From contig OZ220732.1 of assembly GCA_965116905.1 (NCBI GenBank), forward strand, positions 896,001 through 960,000: a stretch of DNA of 64,000 bases, written 5' to 3'. This DNA is from Longimicrobiales bacterium (lineage in GTDB: Bacteria; Gemmatimonadota; Gemmatimonadetes; Longimicrobiales; Gaopeijiaceae). The translations under genes were made by a program, and so were the position numbers. Shown one piece after another: positions 10,986 through 21,004 of the stretch (position 1 is its first letter; each line of letters begins with the position of its first letter). The notes beneath the pieces were generated by a model. It did not search any database. It was not told the origin of the DNA and worked only from the letters and a program-made list of their open reading frames with translations.

Positions 10986-11204
10986 TCAACCCGTCTCGGG
11001 GGGTCCATGTTCCATCTCGTTCGCTACCATGTCGTCCGGCGCGGCGTCCCGCCAGCGAAGGAATTCGAAGGGGCTGCGGCAGTCGGCGCACCAGCAGGTG
11101 GTGAGCGAGGCGTGGCTCCCGAAGAGGGACATCAACTCGGTGCGCTCGCCGCCGCAAAACGGGCACGGGGGCACGTCAGCGGGGCCCGCGGGGTTCGTGT
11201 CCAC
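10986..11204 (-). CDS. PaaD-like zinc-ribbon protein
   Basis: CPFCG..TELMSLFGS...CADCRSPFE, matching the PaaD C-terminal domain. Confidence 0.8.
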   Translation of the reverse strand: MDTNPAGPADVPPCPFCGGERTELMSLFGSHASLTTCWCADCRSPFEFLRWRDAAPDDMVANEMEHGPPETG

Positions 11205-11210
11205 TGCGCG

Positions 11211-12035
11211 CTACTCCACGAAGAGGTCACGGTTCCGATCTCCCCGCGCCCGCTCCACGGCTTCCTCGCCGGGCGCGCCCGGACCTCTGCGGCGCTCCGA
11301 GTCCCAGCCGTCGCGCGCGGGCTCGACCGCGTCCAGGTCGATGCCCGCGGTGGCAAGCGTGCCCCGCAGCGTTTGTCCACACCGGTCCCGGACACGGTCC
11401 TCCGGCCAGACGTGCCCGTCGGCCACCAGGGTGTCGTGGGCTTCGTCGGCGGGGAGGAGCCAGGCGAGGGTCGTGGGCAGCATGGCCTCGGCGGAATCCC
11501 GCAGGCGCGCCGCGCCCTCGCCCCCGGCAGCTGCGAGACGGCCGAACCACGCCGTGCCGAAGCGGCGGTGATACTCCTCTTCGGCAAGCATCTTGGGCAC
11601 ACGGGAGCGCGCGAGCGCGAACTCCCCGTCCGCGAAGCTCTCGAGCGCGACCGAGAGGGCGCCGTCGACCACCACCACCGCCGCGACGAAGTGGGCCCAG
11701 TCGACGAAGGGACGATCCAGCGCGGGTGCCGAGTAGTAGCGGGCGGCCGGGCGCGTGTGCTCCACCTCGTAGGGGTCGAAGTCGAAGTGCTTGAGCATGG
11801 CGTAGAGGAGCCGGGCATGGCCCCACTCGTCCTGCGACATCGACGAGGCCGCGATCCCCGTCTCGATCGAGGGACTGCCCAGCAGCCAGTCGCTGTAGCG
11901 GATTCCGAGCAGGCGCTTGGTGTCCGCCAGGCTCAGGATGTGACGGGCGAGGGGTGCGGGAGCGCCATCGGTCGCCTCGGCCGCCCCCGCAGGCGACGGA
12001 GCGCTCGGCCGACCCTGCCGGCGGGCGGAGGTCAT
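11211..12035 (-). CDS. paaC: Phenylacetyl-CoA epoxidase subunit PaaC-like
   Basis: LADTK, QDEWGHAR, EEEYH ferritin-like motifs; cluster context. Confidence 0.78.
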   Translation of the reverse strand: MTSARRQGRPSAPSPAGAAEATDGAPAPLARHILSLADTKRLLGIRYSDWLLGSPSIETGIAASSMSQDEWGHARLLYAMLKHFDFDPYEVEHTRPAARYYSAPALDRPFVDWAHFVAAVVVVDGALSVALESFADGEFALARSRVPKMLAEEEYHRRFGTAWFGRLAAAGGEGAARLRDSAEAMLPTTLAWLLPADEAHDTLVADGHVWPEDRVRDRCGQTLRGTLATAGIDLDAVEPARDGWDSERRRGPGAPGEEAVERARGDRNRDLFVE

Positions 12036-12313
12036 GGCCCGGCGGCCCCCTCTGCCACGTCCTTCCCCTCCGGCGCGTTCTTCCCCTCCGCCACGTTCTT
12101 CGCCCACGGTCCCTCGACGCGGTTGACCGGGATGACCGCCCCGCGCGGGACCACGCACATCTCGAACCAGTTCTCCTCGTCGTAGGTCTTCCAGGCGTAG
12201 ACGCGCGCCAACTCGTCTCCAGGCGCGTCGATGTACCCGATGTGACGGAGCGGCTCGCCGCGGCTCTTGCGCGCGAAGACCTCGTAGACACGCTCGTCCA
12301 GGCCCGTGCTCAT
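12032..12313 (-). CDS. paaB: Phenylacetyl-CoA epoxidase subunit PaaB-like
   Basis: YEVFARK...HIGYIDAP..ELA...VVPR. Confidence 0.78.
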   Translation of the reverse strand: MSTGLDERVYEVFARKSRGEPLRHIGYIDAPGDELARVYAWKTYDEENWFEMCVVPRGAVIPVNRVEGPWAKNVAEGKNAPEGKDVAEGAAGP

Positions 12314-12735
12314 GCGCCCACCCCGAAACGTCCCAGCTTCCGCCGGCCTTCGTCGGTCATCCGGGCCGTGGTCCACGGCGGATCCCACACCTCGTTGATC
12401 TCGACCGCGTCCACCCATGGCTCCATGCCGATCCGGTCGCGCACGTCCTGCTTGATGAAGTCCATGCAGGGGCAGGCGGTGGCCGTGAAGGTGAGGTCCA
12501 CTCGCGCCCTGCCGCCGTCGAACGCCACACCGTACACGAGGCCCAGCTCCAGCAGCGAAATCGGCAGCTCCGGGTCCAGGACCTCGCCGAGAGCCGCCCT
12601 GAGCGCCCCTTCCTTGTCGGCGGGTGCCTCGGTCAGCGGCGCGGACCACTGGTCGCGGCCTCCGGAGGCGTGAACGGCCGGGGCCGGCTGGCCGGCGAGG
12701 ATGGTCGCCAGCGAGCGCCGGTTCAATTCAGCCAC
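12310..12735 (-). CDS. paaD: PaaD-like / DUF59 metal-sulfur cluster assembly protein
   Basis: VLDPELPISLLELGLV, TATACP, WDPPWT; start codon uncertain. Confidence 0.8.
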   Translation of the reverse strand: MAELNRRSLATILAGQPAPAVHASGGRDQWSAPLTEAPADKEGALRAALGEVLDPELPISLLELGLVYGVAFDGGRARVDLTFTATACPCMDFIKQDVRDRIGMEPWVDAVEINEVWDPPWTTARMTDEGRRKLGRFGVGA

Positions 12736-13661
12736 GACGCCACCGACGCGCGCGATCTGCGCACCGAGTCCACGTAGATCTCGTTCATCGGGCCGCGTCC
12801 CTTCCAGCGCTCGAAGACGGCTTGCCATGTGATCTCTCCGTCGTCGAACAGCCAGCGCTTGGCATCGGGGTCGTACTCGCAGGGGAAGGGGTATTCCAGC
12901 ACGTACTCGTCGGCGTCCTCGTCGTAGTGGGCGGGCACCGACAACCCCAGGCTCTCGCACAGCGGCACCGTCGACGACATCCACACCTGCCGGAGTTCGT
13001 CGTTCGTCAGTCCCTTGAGCTTGTAGTCCAGCTGCCCGCTGTGGTGCTTGAGGTCGTCCGGCAGGCCGAACCACTCGATGGTCATCGGGAACATCCAGTC
13101 GACGCAACGCTGCAGCAGCTCGGTCGCGGCCCCTCCGGCGCGCGCCAGCCGGCGCATCCACACCTCGCCGTGGCGCAGGTGGAAGGTCTCCTCCATGTCC
13201 ACCTTGACCAGCGCCCGCTTCAGGGGGCCGTAGGAAGTGTTGCGGTGCACGTCGCCCAGCAGGCAGATGCCCGCCCGGTCGAAGAACCCGTTCGCCACGA
13301 CCAGTTCGGCCCAGTTGTCGAGCGGCTGGTCGAAGCCGTAGGGGTGCTTGAACTCGTGCGGCTCGCGTCCATAGACAAGCTGCTCCTTCGAGACGCCGAG
13401 GTCCTCGAGCAGCCGGTACGCAATGTTGGCGTGGGCCAGCTCGTCCTGAATGATCGCGTGCGCGCTCACCTGGGTATTGGTGGACGGGGCGTGCCGGGCG
13501 GCGAACCAGTAGGCCGGAGCGCTCATGAGCTCGGTGTCCGCCTGGACGGTCAGCTGCACGATGAGCGCCCTCCGGTATCCGGGCGTCATCTCCTCGGGGG
13601 ACTCGAGGATGTAGCCGCTGCGGATCTTCTGCTTCAGTTCGTCTTCCGTATATGTCGTCAT
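12723..13661 (-). CDS. paaA: Phenylacetyl-CoA epoxidase catalytic subunit PaaA-like
   Basis: QADTE, QDELAH, SYGPL, EETFH di-iron motifs, NDELRQ. Confidence 0.85.
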   Translation of the reverse strand: MTTYTEDELKQKIRSGYILESPEEMTPGYRRALIVQLTVQADTELMSAPAYWFAARHAPSTNTQVSAHAIIQDELAHANIAYRLLEDLGVSKEQLVYGREPHEFKHPYGFDQPLDNWAELVVANGFFDRAGICLLGDVHRNTSYGPLKRALVKVDMEETFHLRHGEVWMRRLARAGGAATELLQRCVDWMFPMTIEWFGLPDDLKHHSGQLDYKLKGLTNDELRQVWMSSTVPLCESLGLSVPAHYDEDADEYVLEYPFPCEYDPDAKRWLFDDGEITWQAVFERWKGRGPMNEIYVDSVRRSRASVASWLN

Positions 13662-13677
13662 GGCGTTCTCCAGGCTG

Positions 13678-13980
13678 CTAGATCCCCAGCGCGGAACGGA
13701 TCAGGGGACTGATGCGCTCCGGCGTCCATGGCGGCTCGAAGGTGAGTTCCACCTCTGAGTCCTCCACCCCCTCCACCCCGGCCACGGCCTCACGGGCCTC
13801 TTCGAGTATCTGGCCGGCCGCCGGACACATCGGCGTCGTCAGCGAGATGGCGACCCTGGCGCTGCTGCCATCGATCTCGATGTCGTATACCAGCCCCAAC
13901 ACCACGAGATCCAGATTGAGTTCCGGGTCCTTGACGGTCTTGAGGGCGTTGCGGACGGCTTTCTCGGTGACTTCGGACAC
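13678..13980 (-). CDS. DUF59 (SufT-like) metal-sulfur cluster assembly factor
   Basis: VKDPEL..LGLVY, LTTPMCP, FEPPWTPE. Confidence 0.88.
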   Translation of the reverse strand: MSEVTEKAVRNALKTVKDPELNLDLVVLGLVYDIEIDGSSARVAISLTTPMCPAAGQILEEAREAVAGVEGVEDSEVELTFEPPWTPERISPLIRSALGI

Positions 13981-14043
13981 GCTTGCGACCTCCGGCGATT
14001 GCGGGCTTCGCTAATCTAGTCCCATGTCGGTACATTCGCCTCC

Positions 14044-15123
14044 ATGCGAGTTGCCATCAACACCGGCGGAGGCGATGCGCCGGGCCTGAATGCGGTCGTG
14101 CGCGCCGCGGTACTCGCCGCGGAACGGCGGGGATGGGACGTCGTCGGCATTCGCCGCGGCTACGACGGGCTTTTCATGGACGACGGCGTCGTGTCGCTCA
14201 ACACCGGTTCGGTGCGGGGGATCACGCATCTCGGCGGGACCATCCTCGGAACGACAAACCGCGGCAGTCCGTTTTCGTTCCCGATCAGGCAGGCCGACGG
14301 CAGCATCCGGATGGTGGACCGGTCCGACGAGGTCATCAGCAGGATTCAGGAACTGAAGATCGACTGCCTGATTGCAGTGGGCGGGGACGGGTCGCTCAGG
14401 ATCGCCAGCGAGCTCGCGGAGAAGGGCCTCAGGGTGATCGGCGTGCCCAAGACGATCGACAACGACCTGCCGGGCACAACCTTCACCTTCGGGTTCCATA
14501 CCGCCGTGCAGACCGCCACCGACGCGATCGACAAGCTCCATTCGACCGCGCAGGCCCACCAGAGGGTGATGGTGGTGGAACTGATGGGCCGGCACGCGGG
14601 CTGGATTGCGCTGTTCGCGGGTTTCGCGGCAACCGCCGACGTCATCCTGATCCCGGAGATCCCCTACGACCTGACAAAGGTGGCCGCGAAGATCGAAAGA
14701 CGCTGGGAGGAGGGGCTGGAGTTCGCGATCATCGTGGTCGCGGAGGGGGCGATGCCGAAGGGAGGCGAAGCGTCCTACCTCGAAGAGCTGGGGAAGGGTG
14801 GCCGGCGGCGTCTCGGGGGGGTGGGGAAGCGGATCTCCCGCCGCCTCCAGGAGCTCACCGGGCATGAGACGCGCAGCCTGGTGCTCGGCCACCTCCAGCG
14901 CGGCGGCCGCCCGATCGCCTTCGACCGGATCCTCTCGCTTCTCTTCGGGACCGCGGCGATCAACCTCGCGGCAGATGGCCGCTTCGGGTGCATGGTGGCG
15001 CTGGATGCGCCGACCGTTACCGCCGTTCCCCTGGCCGACGCGGTCCGGGCCGCGAAGACGGTGCCCGTCGACGGCGACATGGTCAGGGCAGCGAAGGCGA
15101 TGGGGATTTCGTTCGGGGACTGA
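14044..15123 (+). CDS. pfkA: 6-phosphofructokinase (group III type)
   Basis: GGGDAPGLN, GGTILGT, GGDGS, PKTIDND, MGRHAG, LGHLQRGG. Confidence 0.95.
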   Translation: MRVAINTGGGDAPGLNAVVRAAVLAAERRGWDVVGIRRGYDGLFMDDGVVSLNTGSVRGITHLGGTILGTTNRGSPFSFPIRQADGSIRMVDRSDEVISRIQELKIDCLIAVGGDGSLRIASELAEKGLRVIGVPKTIDNDLPGTTFTFGFHTAVQTATDAIDKLHSTAQAHQRVMVVELMGRHAGWIALFAGFAATADVILIPEIPYDLTKVAAKIERRWEEGLEFAIIVVAEGAMPKGGEASYLEELGKGGRRRLGGVGKRISRRLQELTGHETRSLVLGHLQRGGRPIAFDRILSLLFGTAAINLAADGRFGCMVALDAPTVTAVPLADAVRAAKTVPVDGDMVRAAKAMGISFGD

Positions 15124-15195
15124 GGGCGACCGCCGGCCTTTCCCCTCCGCCGACACGTCGCGCCGAGGCTGCTCCGGCCTGAAAGCCCTGGCCCG

Positions 15196-17946
15196 TCAGC
15201 TCACCGGCCTCGCCCGCCGCCAGTCCTCCGCCCGCATCGACACCAGGTTGGCGAAGAGCCGATACGCGCCCGGCACGCCCGCGGGAAACTGGCGGAAGAA
15301 GGCCAGCCCGGTGTAGACGTACAGCCCCTCGCCCACCTCGGCCACCAACAGGCCGCCGCGCTTCGGGTCCTCGCCGGGGTCGGCCATCTCCATCACGGGC
15401 GTGTAGCGCTCGTCCCACTCTCCGAGGAAGTAGAGCCCCCGTTCCTGCACCCATCCCTCGAAGTCGGCGGGGCCGATCCGGTTCGGTGCCGAGAATACCG
15501 GGGACCCGGGCGCCAGCACCGTCACCTCGGCCACCTCATCCGTCACACGGTCATGCGGCCTGCTTATGCTGACCGGGTAGGGCGTGAATCCGCCCGCGGG
15601 GAACTCGTAGCGGTTGTACTGCACGATCACGGTGCCGCCCGTGCGAGCAAAGGCGAGGACCGCGTCGTTGGCGGCGGCCAGATCGGGCCGCGTCTCGTAT
15701 GCCCGCACCCCGAGCACCAGCACGTCGAAGCGGGAGAAGTCGCCCCGGCTCAATTCAGCCTCGCCGAGTTCCTCGACCTCCATCCCGATCTGGCGGAGCG
15801 CGTCGGCCCCCCCGTCCCCGGATCCCATGACGTAGCCCACCCGCAACCCCGAGTTCGCCGCCACGGGAAAGGCCGAGACCCGAACCGCCGCGTCGCGCAC
15901 CAGCACGCTGCGCGGTATGTGCGGATAGTCGATGATGTCGGACGATATGACAAAATCACTATTGATTCTGTCCGCCCCTGCCGCATCGGCGACCTCTGAA
16001 CCCTCTGTTTGCTCGCTCGCTACCGCCCGAATGACAAATTCACCATTGATTGTGTCATTGGCCGGTGTGACCGTGAAGGCCGCCGATCCGCTGGCACCGT
16101 CCGGGCCCAATGAAAACGGCACCTCGAAGGGCGTCGCCGCCCATCCTTCGGGCACGTCCAGCCGCACCGTCCCCGAGCGGGCCCTGGCCGAGTTGTTGGT
16201 GAGCACCACCCCGACCTCGCGCCCAGCGGTCGCACCGGTCGGCCACACCATGGACGGCGGGTTCACGGCCACGTCGATGGCGGGCACGACCAGCACGCGC
16301 TTCCGGTATTCGCCCGTGGCCCCGTCGACGCCCACGTAGCTGCCGTCGCGCTCGACGGCAGCGGTAGCGATAGCGGCGCCGGCGCCCTGGGTCAGCGCCA
16401 TGGCCACACGGGCGCGCACCGGCGCCGGTCCGAACGGACGTGCCCACAACTCCGCGTCGTCCGGCCAGCTGTACATTGCACCGGTGCGCTCCTCTTCCAT
16501 GTACCAGGGCGCCGACACCCGCGCGTCCGGGGGAACCGCGACCCTCCAGCTCCAGCGCCCGACCTCGCCCGGTCCGAGGCGCCCGTCCGCAGGCGTCTCG
16601 GCTACCGGCGGCCGGAAGAAAAACGAGCGCGGCGGACCGACCGTCGACTCCTCCGTGGGAGCCGCGTCCCATTCGGAGGGCAGCAGCAGCTCGGGCGCCA
16701 CGCCGGACAACTCGAGGCCGCCGCCGTTCCAGACGTTCACGTCCACGACGACGGACTCGCCCGGCGTCAGCAAATCCCGCCCGACCCGTACGTCGATCAC
16801 GATCCCCGCCGCCGCGAGCAGCGTCTCCGTCACCTGCTCCAGCCGCCGCTCCAGCACGCGCCGACCCTCGCCGGCCGGGGCCTCGTCGACCAGGCCGCCG
16901 AGGGTCGTGGCCGCTTCCGCCAGCCCCGCCACGGCTCCGTCGGGCCGGATCGCCGAGAGGCCGCTCGCCGCGTCGGCCAGCGCGCCGCGGTACCGGTCAA
17001 GCCTCCGCTCGGTGTCCGCCGGCCATCCCGCAGGCAAGGGTGCGCCCAATTGCCCGATCAGCGTGGTGTCGACACCCGCGAAGACGCCGTCGTCCTCTGT
17101 CCCCTCCAGCCCCTGCAGTCCCTCCGCCACCGACGCCTCCAGACGCAGCGAACTGGCCCGTGAGCCCATTGACTGGCCCGACCCCATGTCCTGGGATTGA
17201 TGCTGGCTGCGACTTTCCATTGCCAGTTGGAAGTGCGACCTCCCCAGCACGGGATCGAAGCGGCCCGTCGGCACGCTGAGGGTCGCATCGGTGGGGGAAA
17301 ACCGAGTGGACCGGTACAGCTTGGCGGGCTGCCAGGGGGTGACGCCGTGCGCGGCGAGTTCGGGATAGCGATCCGGGTCCCCGGCTGCCGCGAAGGCCTC
17401 GCGCGCCGCCACGCCCGCGAGCTGATGCTGGCCGTGGCCGTCGCGGGGCGTCCCCGAAAAGACCGACACGATCACGTGCGGCCGGAACGTGCGCACCACG
17501 AAGACGACATCGCGCAGCACTTCGTCGAGCGGCCAGAAGCGCATGGCCTCGTCGAGGCTCTTGGAGTACCCGAAGTCGAAGGCGCGCGTGAAGTACTGGC
17601 CACCGCCGTCGAGGGTGCGGGCGGCGAGCAGTTCGCCCGTCCGGATCACGCCAAGACCCTCGTGCAGCCGGTGCCCGATCAGGTTCTGGCCGCCTTCGCC
17701 GCGGCTGAGCGACAGGTACGCGGTCTCGGCCCCCATGCCGCGGGCGAGGGTGGCGAGGAAACTGGTGTCCTCGTCGTCGGGGTGTGCGGCGATCATGAGC
17801 ACGCGTTTGACGCCGTCGAGCTGGCGTAGCCCGAGTGCCGTGCCCACCAGGCCATGGTCCTGCCCGCCGGTGAGCGCGGGCGTCGCCGCCAGAGCGAGCA
17901 GCGCGATGGCGGTCGGCGTGGCCGTTGCGATCTTGCCGAATTTCAT
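15196..17946 (-). CDS. Secreted PIG-L family deacetylase with NEW3 and GATase-like C-terminal domains
   Basis: Signal peptide; AHPDDE, RGEGGQN, HGQH; GWVQERGLYF. Confidence 0.88.
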   Translation of the reverse strand: MKFGKIATATPTAIALLALAATPALTGGQDHGLVGTALGLRQLDGVKRVLMIAAHPDDEDTSFLATLARGMGAETAYLSLSRGEGGQNLIGHRLHEGLGVIRTGELLAARTLDGGGQYFTRAFDFGYSKSLDEAMRFWPLDEVLRDVVFVVRTFRPHVIVSVFSGTPRDGHGQHQLAGVAAREAFAAAGDPDRYPELAAHGVTPWQPAKLYRSTRFSPTDATLSVPTGRFDPVLGRSHFQLAMESRSQHQSQDMGSGQSMGSRASSLRLEASVAEGLQGLEGTEDDGVFAGVDTTLIGQLGAPLPAGWPADTERRLDRYRGALADAASGLSAIRPDGAVAGLAEAATTLGGLVDEAPAGEGRRVLERRLEQVTETLLAAAGIVIDVRVGRDLLTPGESVVVDVNVWNGGGLELSGVAPELLLPSEWDAAPTEESTVGPPRSFFFRPPVAETPADGRLGPGEVGRWSWRVAVPPDARVSAPWYMEEERTGAMYSWPDDAELWARPFGPAPVRARVAMALTQGAGAAIATAAVERDGSYVGVDGATGEYRKRVLVVPAIDVAVNPPSMVWPTGATAGREVGVVLTNNSARARSGTVRLDVPEGWAATPFEVPFSLGPDGASGSAAFTVTPANDTINGEFVIRAVASEQTEGSEVADAAGADRINSDFVISSDIIDYPHIPRSVLVRDAAVRVSAFPVAANSGLRVGYVMGSGDGGADALRQIGMEVEELGEAELSRGDFSRFDVLVLGVRAYETRPDLAAANDAVLAFARTGGTVIVQYNRYEFPAGGFTPYPVSISRPHDRVTDEVAEVTVLAPGSPVFSAPNRIGPADFEGWVQERGLYFLGEWDERYTPVMEMADPGEDPKRGGLLVAEVGEGLYVYTGLAFFRQFPAGVPGAYRLFANLVSMRAEDWRRARPVS

Positions 17947-18148
17947 CCTGGGAAGGTAACTATCCGCCATGGACATCGCCGCCACGTTACCACCGGCGGA
18001 CACGATGCCCCCTGCAACTCCCGTCGTGCTCTTAGTTCGGTTTATTCCGTAACCTGTACCAACGCTCGCACAGCTTGCGACGGAACTGGTACGCGGCCGC
18101 CCCGAGGCAGCCCGCGCCCCAGGAGCCCCTGGATCAATCCACGGACTC

Positions 18149-18976
18149 CTAGCGCACCCGCATCACCACCCCGGCGCCCATGTACATGTCCTCGGCCGCG
18201 GCGTTCAGACCCATCCCGAAGCGGACGTCCCACTGCAGGTCGTCGCTCGCGAGCCAGGTGAGCCCGCTGTTGAGGTAGTGCTCGGCGCTTCCCCCCTCGA
18301 GTCCCGCCGGCACGAAGGCGTACCACTCGGCGTAGACGCCGCTGCGCTGGCCCGTCGCGATGCCCCACGACAAAGACTGCGCCCACTCGCTGTAGTCCTC
18401 GTCCATGTGCCCGACGGCGGCGTTCACCTGGGTGCTCCCAGCCAGCGACAGCGCCTCGCTCAGGTCCCAGCTGTACAGGAAATTGAACCCCGGCAGAGTC
18501 CGGCCCGCCGAAAACCCGCCCGTGCCGGTGGCGACCGTCATCTGCGGCAAGAGCGCGGTCGCGGGGAGGACGCCGCGCTGCCCGGAGAGAGCGATCTTGG
18601 CACCCAGGTAGAGGTCCTCCAGCCCCGAGGTGACAACGCCCGTGGCGGACACGTTGACAACCTGCGTCGTCACACTGGTCCCCACCCGAAGCTCCAGTCG
18701 CTCGGCGAGCACCCCGACCCGGAGCAGAGGCTCTCCATAGGAGTGGACCCGGGTCGTGGTGCTGCCGTCGGTATTGGATCCAAGCGTGTAGCCGAGTTCC
18801 AGCTGGAAGCCACCGAGCCCGACCGTGCTGGTCGCCTCGGTGAAGTCGGGGCGGTCCGCGACGAGCGCCTGCGCATGGGCGGCGTCGGGGGCGGTCAGCA
18901 GCCACAGGCCGGCCAGGACGAACAGGACCGGTAGCGCTCGCCCGCGCCGAAGTCCGATGTATACTAAAGTTGACAT
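18149..18976 (-). CDS. Outer-membrane beta-barrel 'transporter' (MetA-pathway of phenol degradation family)
   Basis: Signal peptide, DRPDFTE motif, QLELGY, amphipathic strands; start uncertain. Confidence 0.78.
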   Translation of the reverse strand: MSTLVYIGLRRGRALPVLFVLAGLWLLTAPDAAHAQALVADRPDFTEATSTVGLGGFQLELGYTLGSNTDGSTTTRVHSYGEPLLRVGVLAERLELRVGTSVTTQVVNVSATGVVTSGLEDLYLGAKIALSGQRGVLPATALLPQMTVATGTGGFSAGRTLPGFNFLYSWDLSEALSLAGSTQVNAAVGHMDEDYSEWAQSLSWGIATGQRSGVYAEWYAFVPAGLEGGSAEHYLNSGLTWLASDDLQWDVRFGMGLNAAAEDMYMGAGVVMRVR

Positions 18977-19020
18977 ATTATGTAAACCGTGCTTTCCATT
19001 TTGCCGTGACGCGACCCGCC

Positions 19021-19941
19021 TCAGCGTGGCCAGGGCAGCGCAAGTCCCTCCGGGGCGCGAGACCGGCCGAACCATCCGGCCAGCGCCGCCAGGCTCAGAA
19101 CATAGGGCAAGGCCAGGAAAAGCGGGTACGGCAGGTCCGCGTCGAGCGCCTGGAGCGTGAACTGCAGCGCCTCGGCCCCACCGAAAAAGAGGGCCGCCGC
19201 GAAGACTCCCCAGGGTCTCCACCGCCCCAGCACCACGACCGCGATCGCGATGAAGCCCTTCCCCGCCGACATGTTCTCGGCAAACGTGCCCGTGTGCACG
19301 AGGCTCAGGTGCGCGCCCGCCAGGCCGGCCATCAGTCCCCCGAAAACGACCGCCAGCATGCGCGTGCCCACCACCGGAACACCCGCCGCGTGCGCCGCTT
19401 CCGGCGATTCCCCCGCGGCCCGCAACGCCAGACCCCAGCGAGTGCGGAAGAGAAACCATCCGAGAAACGGCACCATCGCGTACGCCAGGTACGCCGTGAC
19501 CGCCTGATCGAAAAACGCGGGCCCAACCACCGGAATCCTGGACAGGACTGGCACCTCCCACACCGGCACCGTCTGCAGCTCCAGCGCCACCCCCGTCGCG
19601 CCGAAGCGGCTCTGGAACACCGCCCCCGTAAAGCCCAGGCTGCCGATGGTGATCGCGGTTCCGGTGATGATCTGGTCCGTGCCCAGTCTCACCGCAAAGC
19701 CGGCGAACACCAGCGCCGCCATGCCGCCCGCCAACGCGCCCGCCACGAGTCCCGCGTAAGGCCCCATCGCCAACGCCCCGAGCGCCCCGCCGAGCGCCCC
19801 CCAGATCACCGACCCCTCCAGCCCGATATTGATGACGCCGGATCGTTCCGACACCGTTTCGCCGAGGGCCGCCAGCGCGAGAGGCACCGCCAGTCCCACG
19901 GTCGCGACGAGGAAGGATGAGAGGGCGGCGAGGTCAGTCAC
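19021..19941 (-). CDS. ABC transporter permease (nucleoside/sugar CUT2)
   Basis: SERSGVINIGLEG, RAAGE, GKGFIAIA, ALPY. Confidence 0.9.
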   Translation of the reverse strand: MTDLAALSSFLVATVGLAVPLALAALGETVSERSGVINIGLEGSVIWGALGGALGALAMGPYAGLVAGALAGGMAALVFAGFAVRLGTDQIITGTAITIGSLGFTGAVFQSRFGATGVALELQTVPVWEVPVLSRIPVVGPAFFDQAVTAYLAYAMVPFLGWFLFRTRWGLALRAAGESPEAAHAAGVPVVGTRMLAVVFGGLMAGLAGAHLSLVHTGTFAENMSAGKGFIAIAVVVLGRWRPWGVFAAALFFGGAEALQFTLQALDADLPYPLFLALPYVLSLAALAGWFGRSRAPEGLALPWPR

Positions 19942-21004
19942 GGGAAGCCCTTCCCGCCATCCCCTGGACGATTCGGTCGGCGGTGAGCACGGCGAGAATG
20001 ACCAGCGCCTCGATCCCGCGGACCCAGACTTCCGGCACGCCCGCCTCACGCTGCATCGCCCCGCCCCCGGCGCTCAGCGCCCCGAAGACGATGGCCGTGA
20101 CCACGACCGCGAGGGGGTGAAGCCGCGCAAGGAGCGCCACCGCGATCGCCGTGTAGCCCCAGCCCGGTGAGAGTCCCTCGTACATGCGGTGGGTGACGCC
20201 CGCGATCTGGATCCACCCCGCAAGCCCCGCGATCGCGCCCGACACGAGGAAGGACAGCCATACGACGGGCGCCACGCTGAACCGGCCGCTCACTTCCGCG
20301 GCCTTGACCGAGGCGCCGGCCGCGCGAAGCCGGAACCCGCCGGGCGTGCGGGTCAGGTAGAGCCAGAGACCCACGGCGATCAGGACACCGAGCAGGAAGC
20401 CCACGTGGAGCCGCGTGTCGGGGAGCAGGGCGGGCAGATGGGCGGCCGCGGGGATCTCGTCGGTCTGGTTGAACACGCCGCGCGACTCGCGCAGGGGCCC
20501 CTGCACGAGGAACTGGGCGAGGAACAGGGCCACGAAGTTCATGAGCAGGGTGGTGATCACCTCTCCCACGCCCATCCCGGTCTTCATCGCCGCCGGGACC
20601 GACGCCCACAGTGCGCCGGCGGCCGCTGCCGCGAGGAGGGTGACGGGGAGGACGACCAACGCGCCCGCGCCGGGGAGGGCGAGTGCGACGGCGACGCCGG
20701 CCAGCGCGCCCGCGTGCAACTGTCCCTCGGCACCGATGTTCCAGACGCGGGCGCGGAAGGCGAACGCGACGGCCAGGCCGGTGAGGAGCAGGGGCGTGGC
20801 CCGCACCAGCGTGAACGAGACGAAACGGTCCCATGAGCCGAAGGCGCCCCGTGCGAGGGCGGCGAAGGCCTCGCCGGGTGAGTGGCCACCGAGCGCGAGG
20901 AGCACGGCCGCGACGGCCAGGGTGGCGAGGACGGCGGCCGCGGCGGTGATGATTGCCAAGAACTGGGGTCGAAGCCGCGCGGGGGTGGCGCGCAAACGGC
21001 TCAC
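19934..21004 (-). CDS. ABC transporter permease (nucleoside/sugar CUT2)
   Basis: NIGAEGQ, EVITTLLMN, GYTAIAVALL. Confidence 0.9.
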   Translation of the reverse strand: MSRLRATPARLRPQFLAIITAAAAVLATLAVAAVLLALGGHSPGEAFAALARGAFGSWDRFVSFTLVRATPLLLTGLAVAFAFRARVWNIGAEGQLHAGALAGVAVALALPGAGALVVLPVTLLAAAAAGALWASVPAAMKTGMGVGEVITTLLMNFVALFLAQFLVQGPLRESRGVFNQTDEIPAAAHLPALLPDTRLHVGFLLGVLIAVGLWLYLTRTPGGFRLRAAGASVKAAEVSGRFSVAPVVWLSFLVSGAIAGLAGWIQIAGVTHRMYEGLSPGWGYTAIAVALLARLHPLAVVVTAIVFGALSAGGGAMQREAGVPEVWVRGIEALVILAVLTADRIVQGMAGRASRD

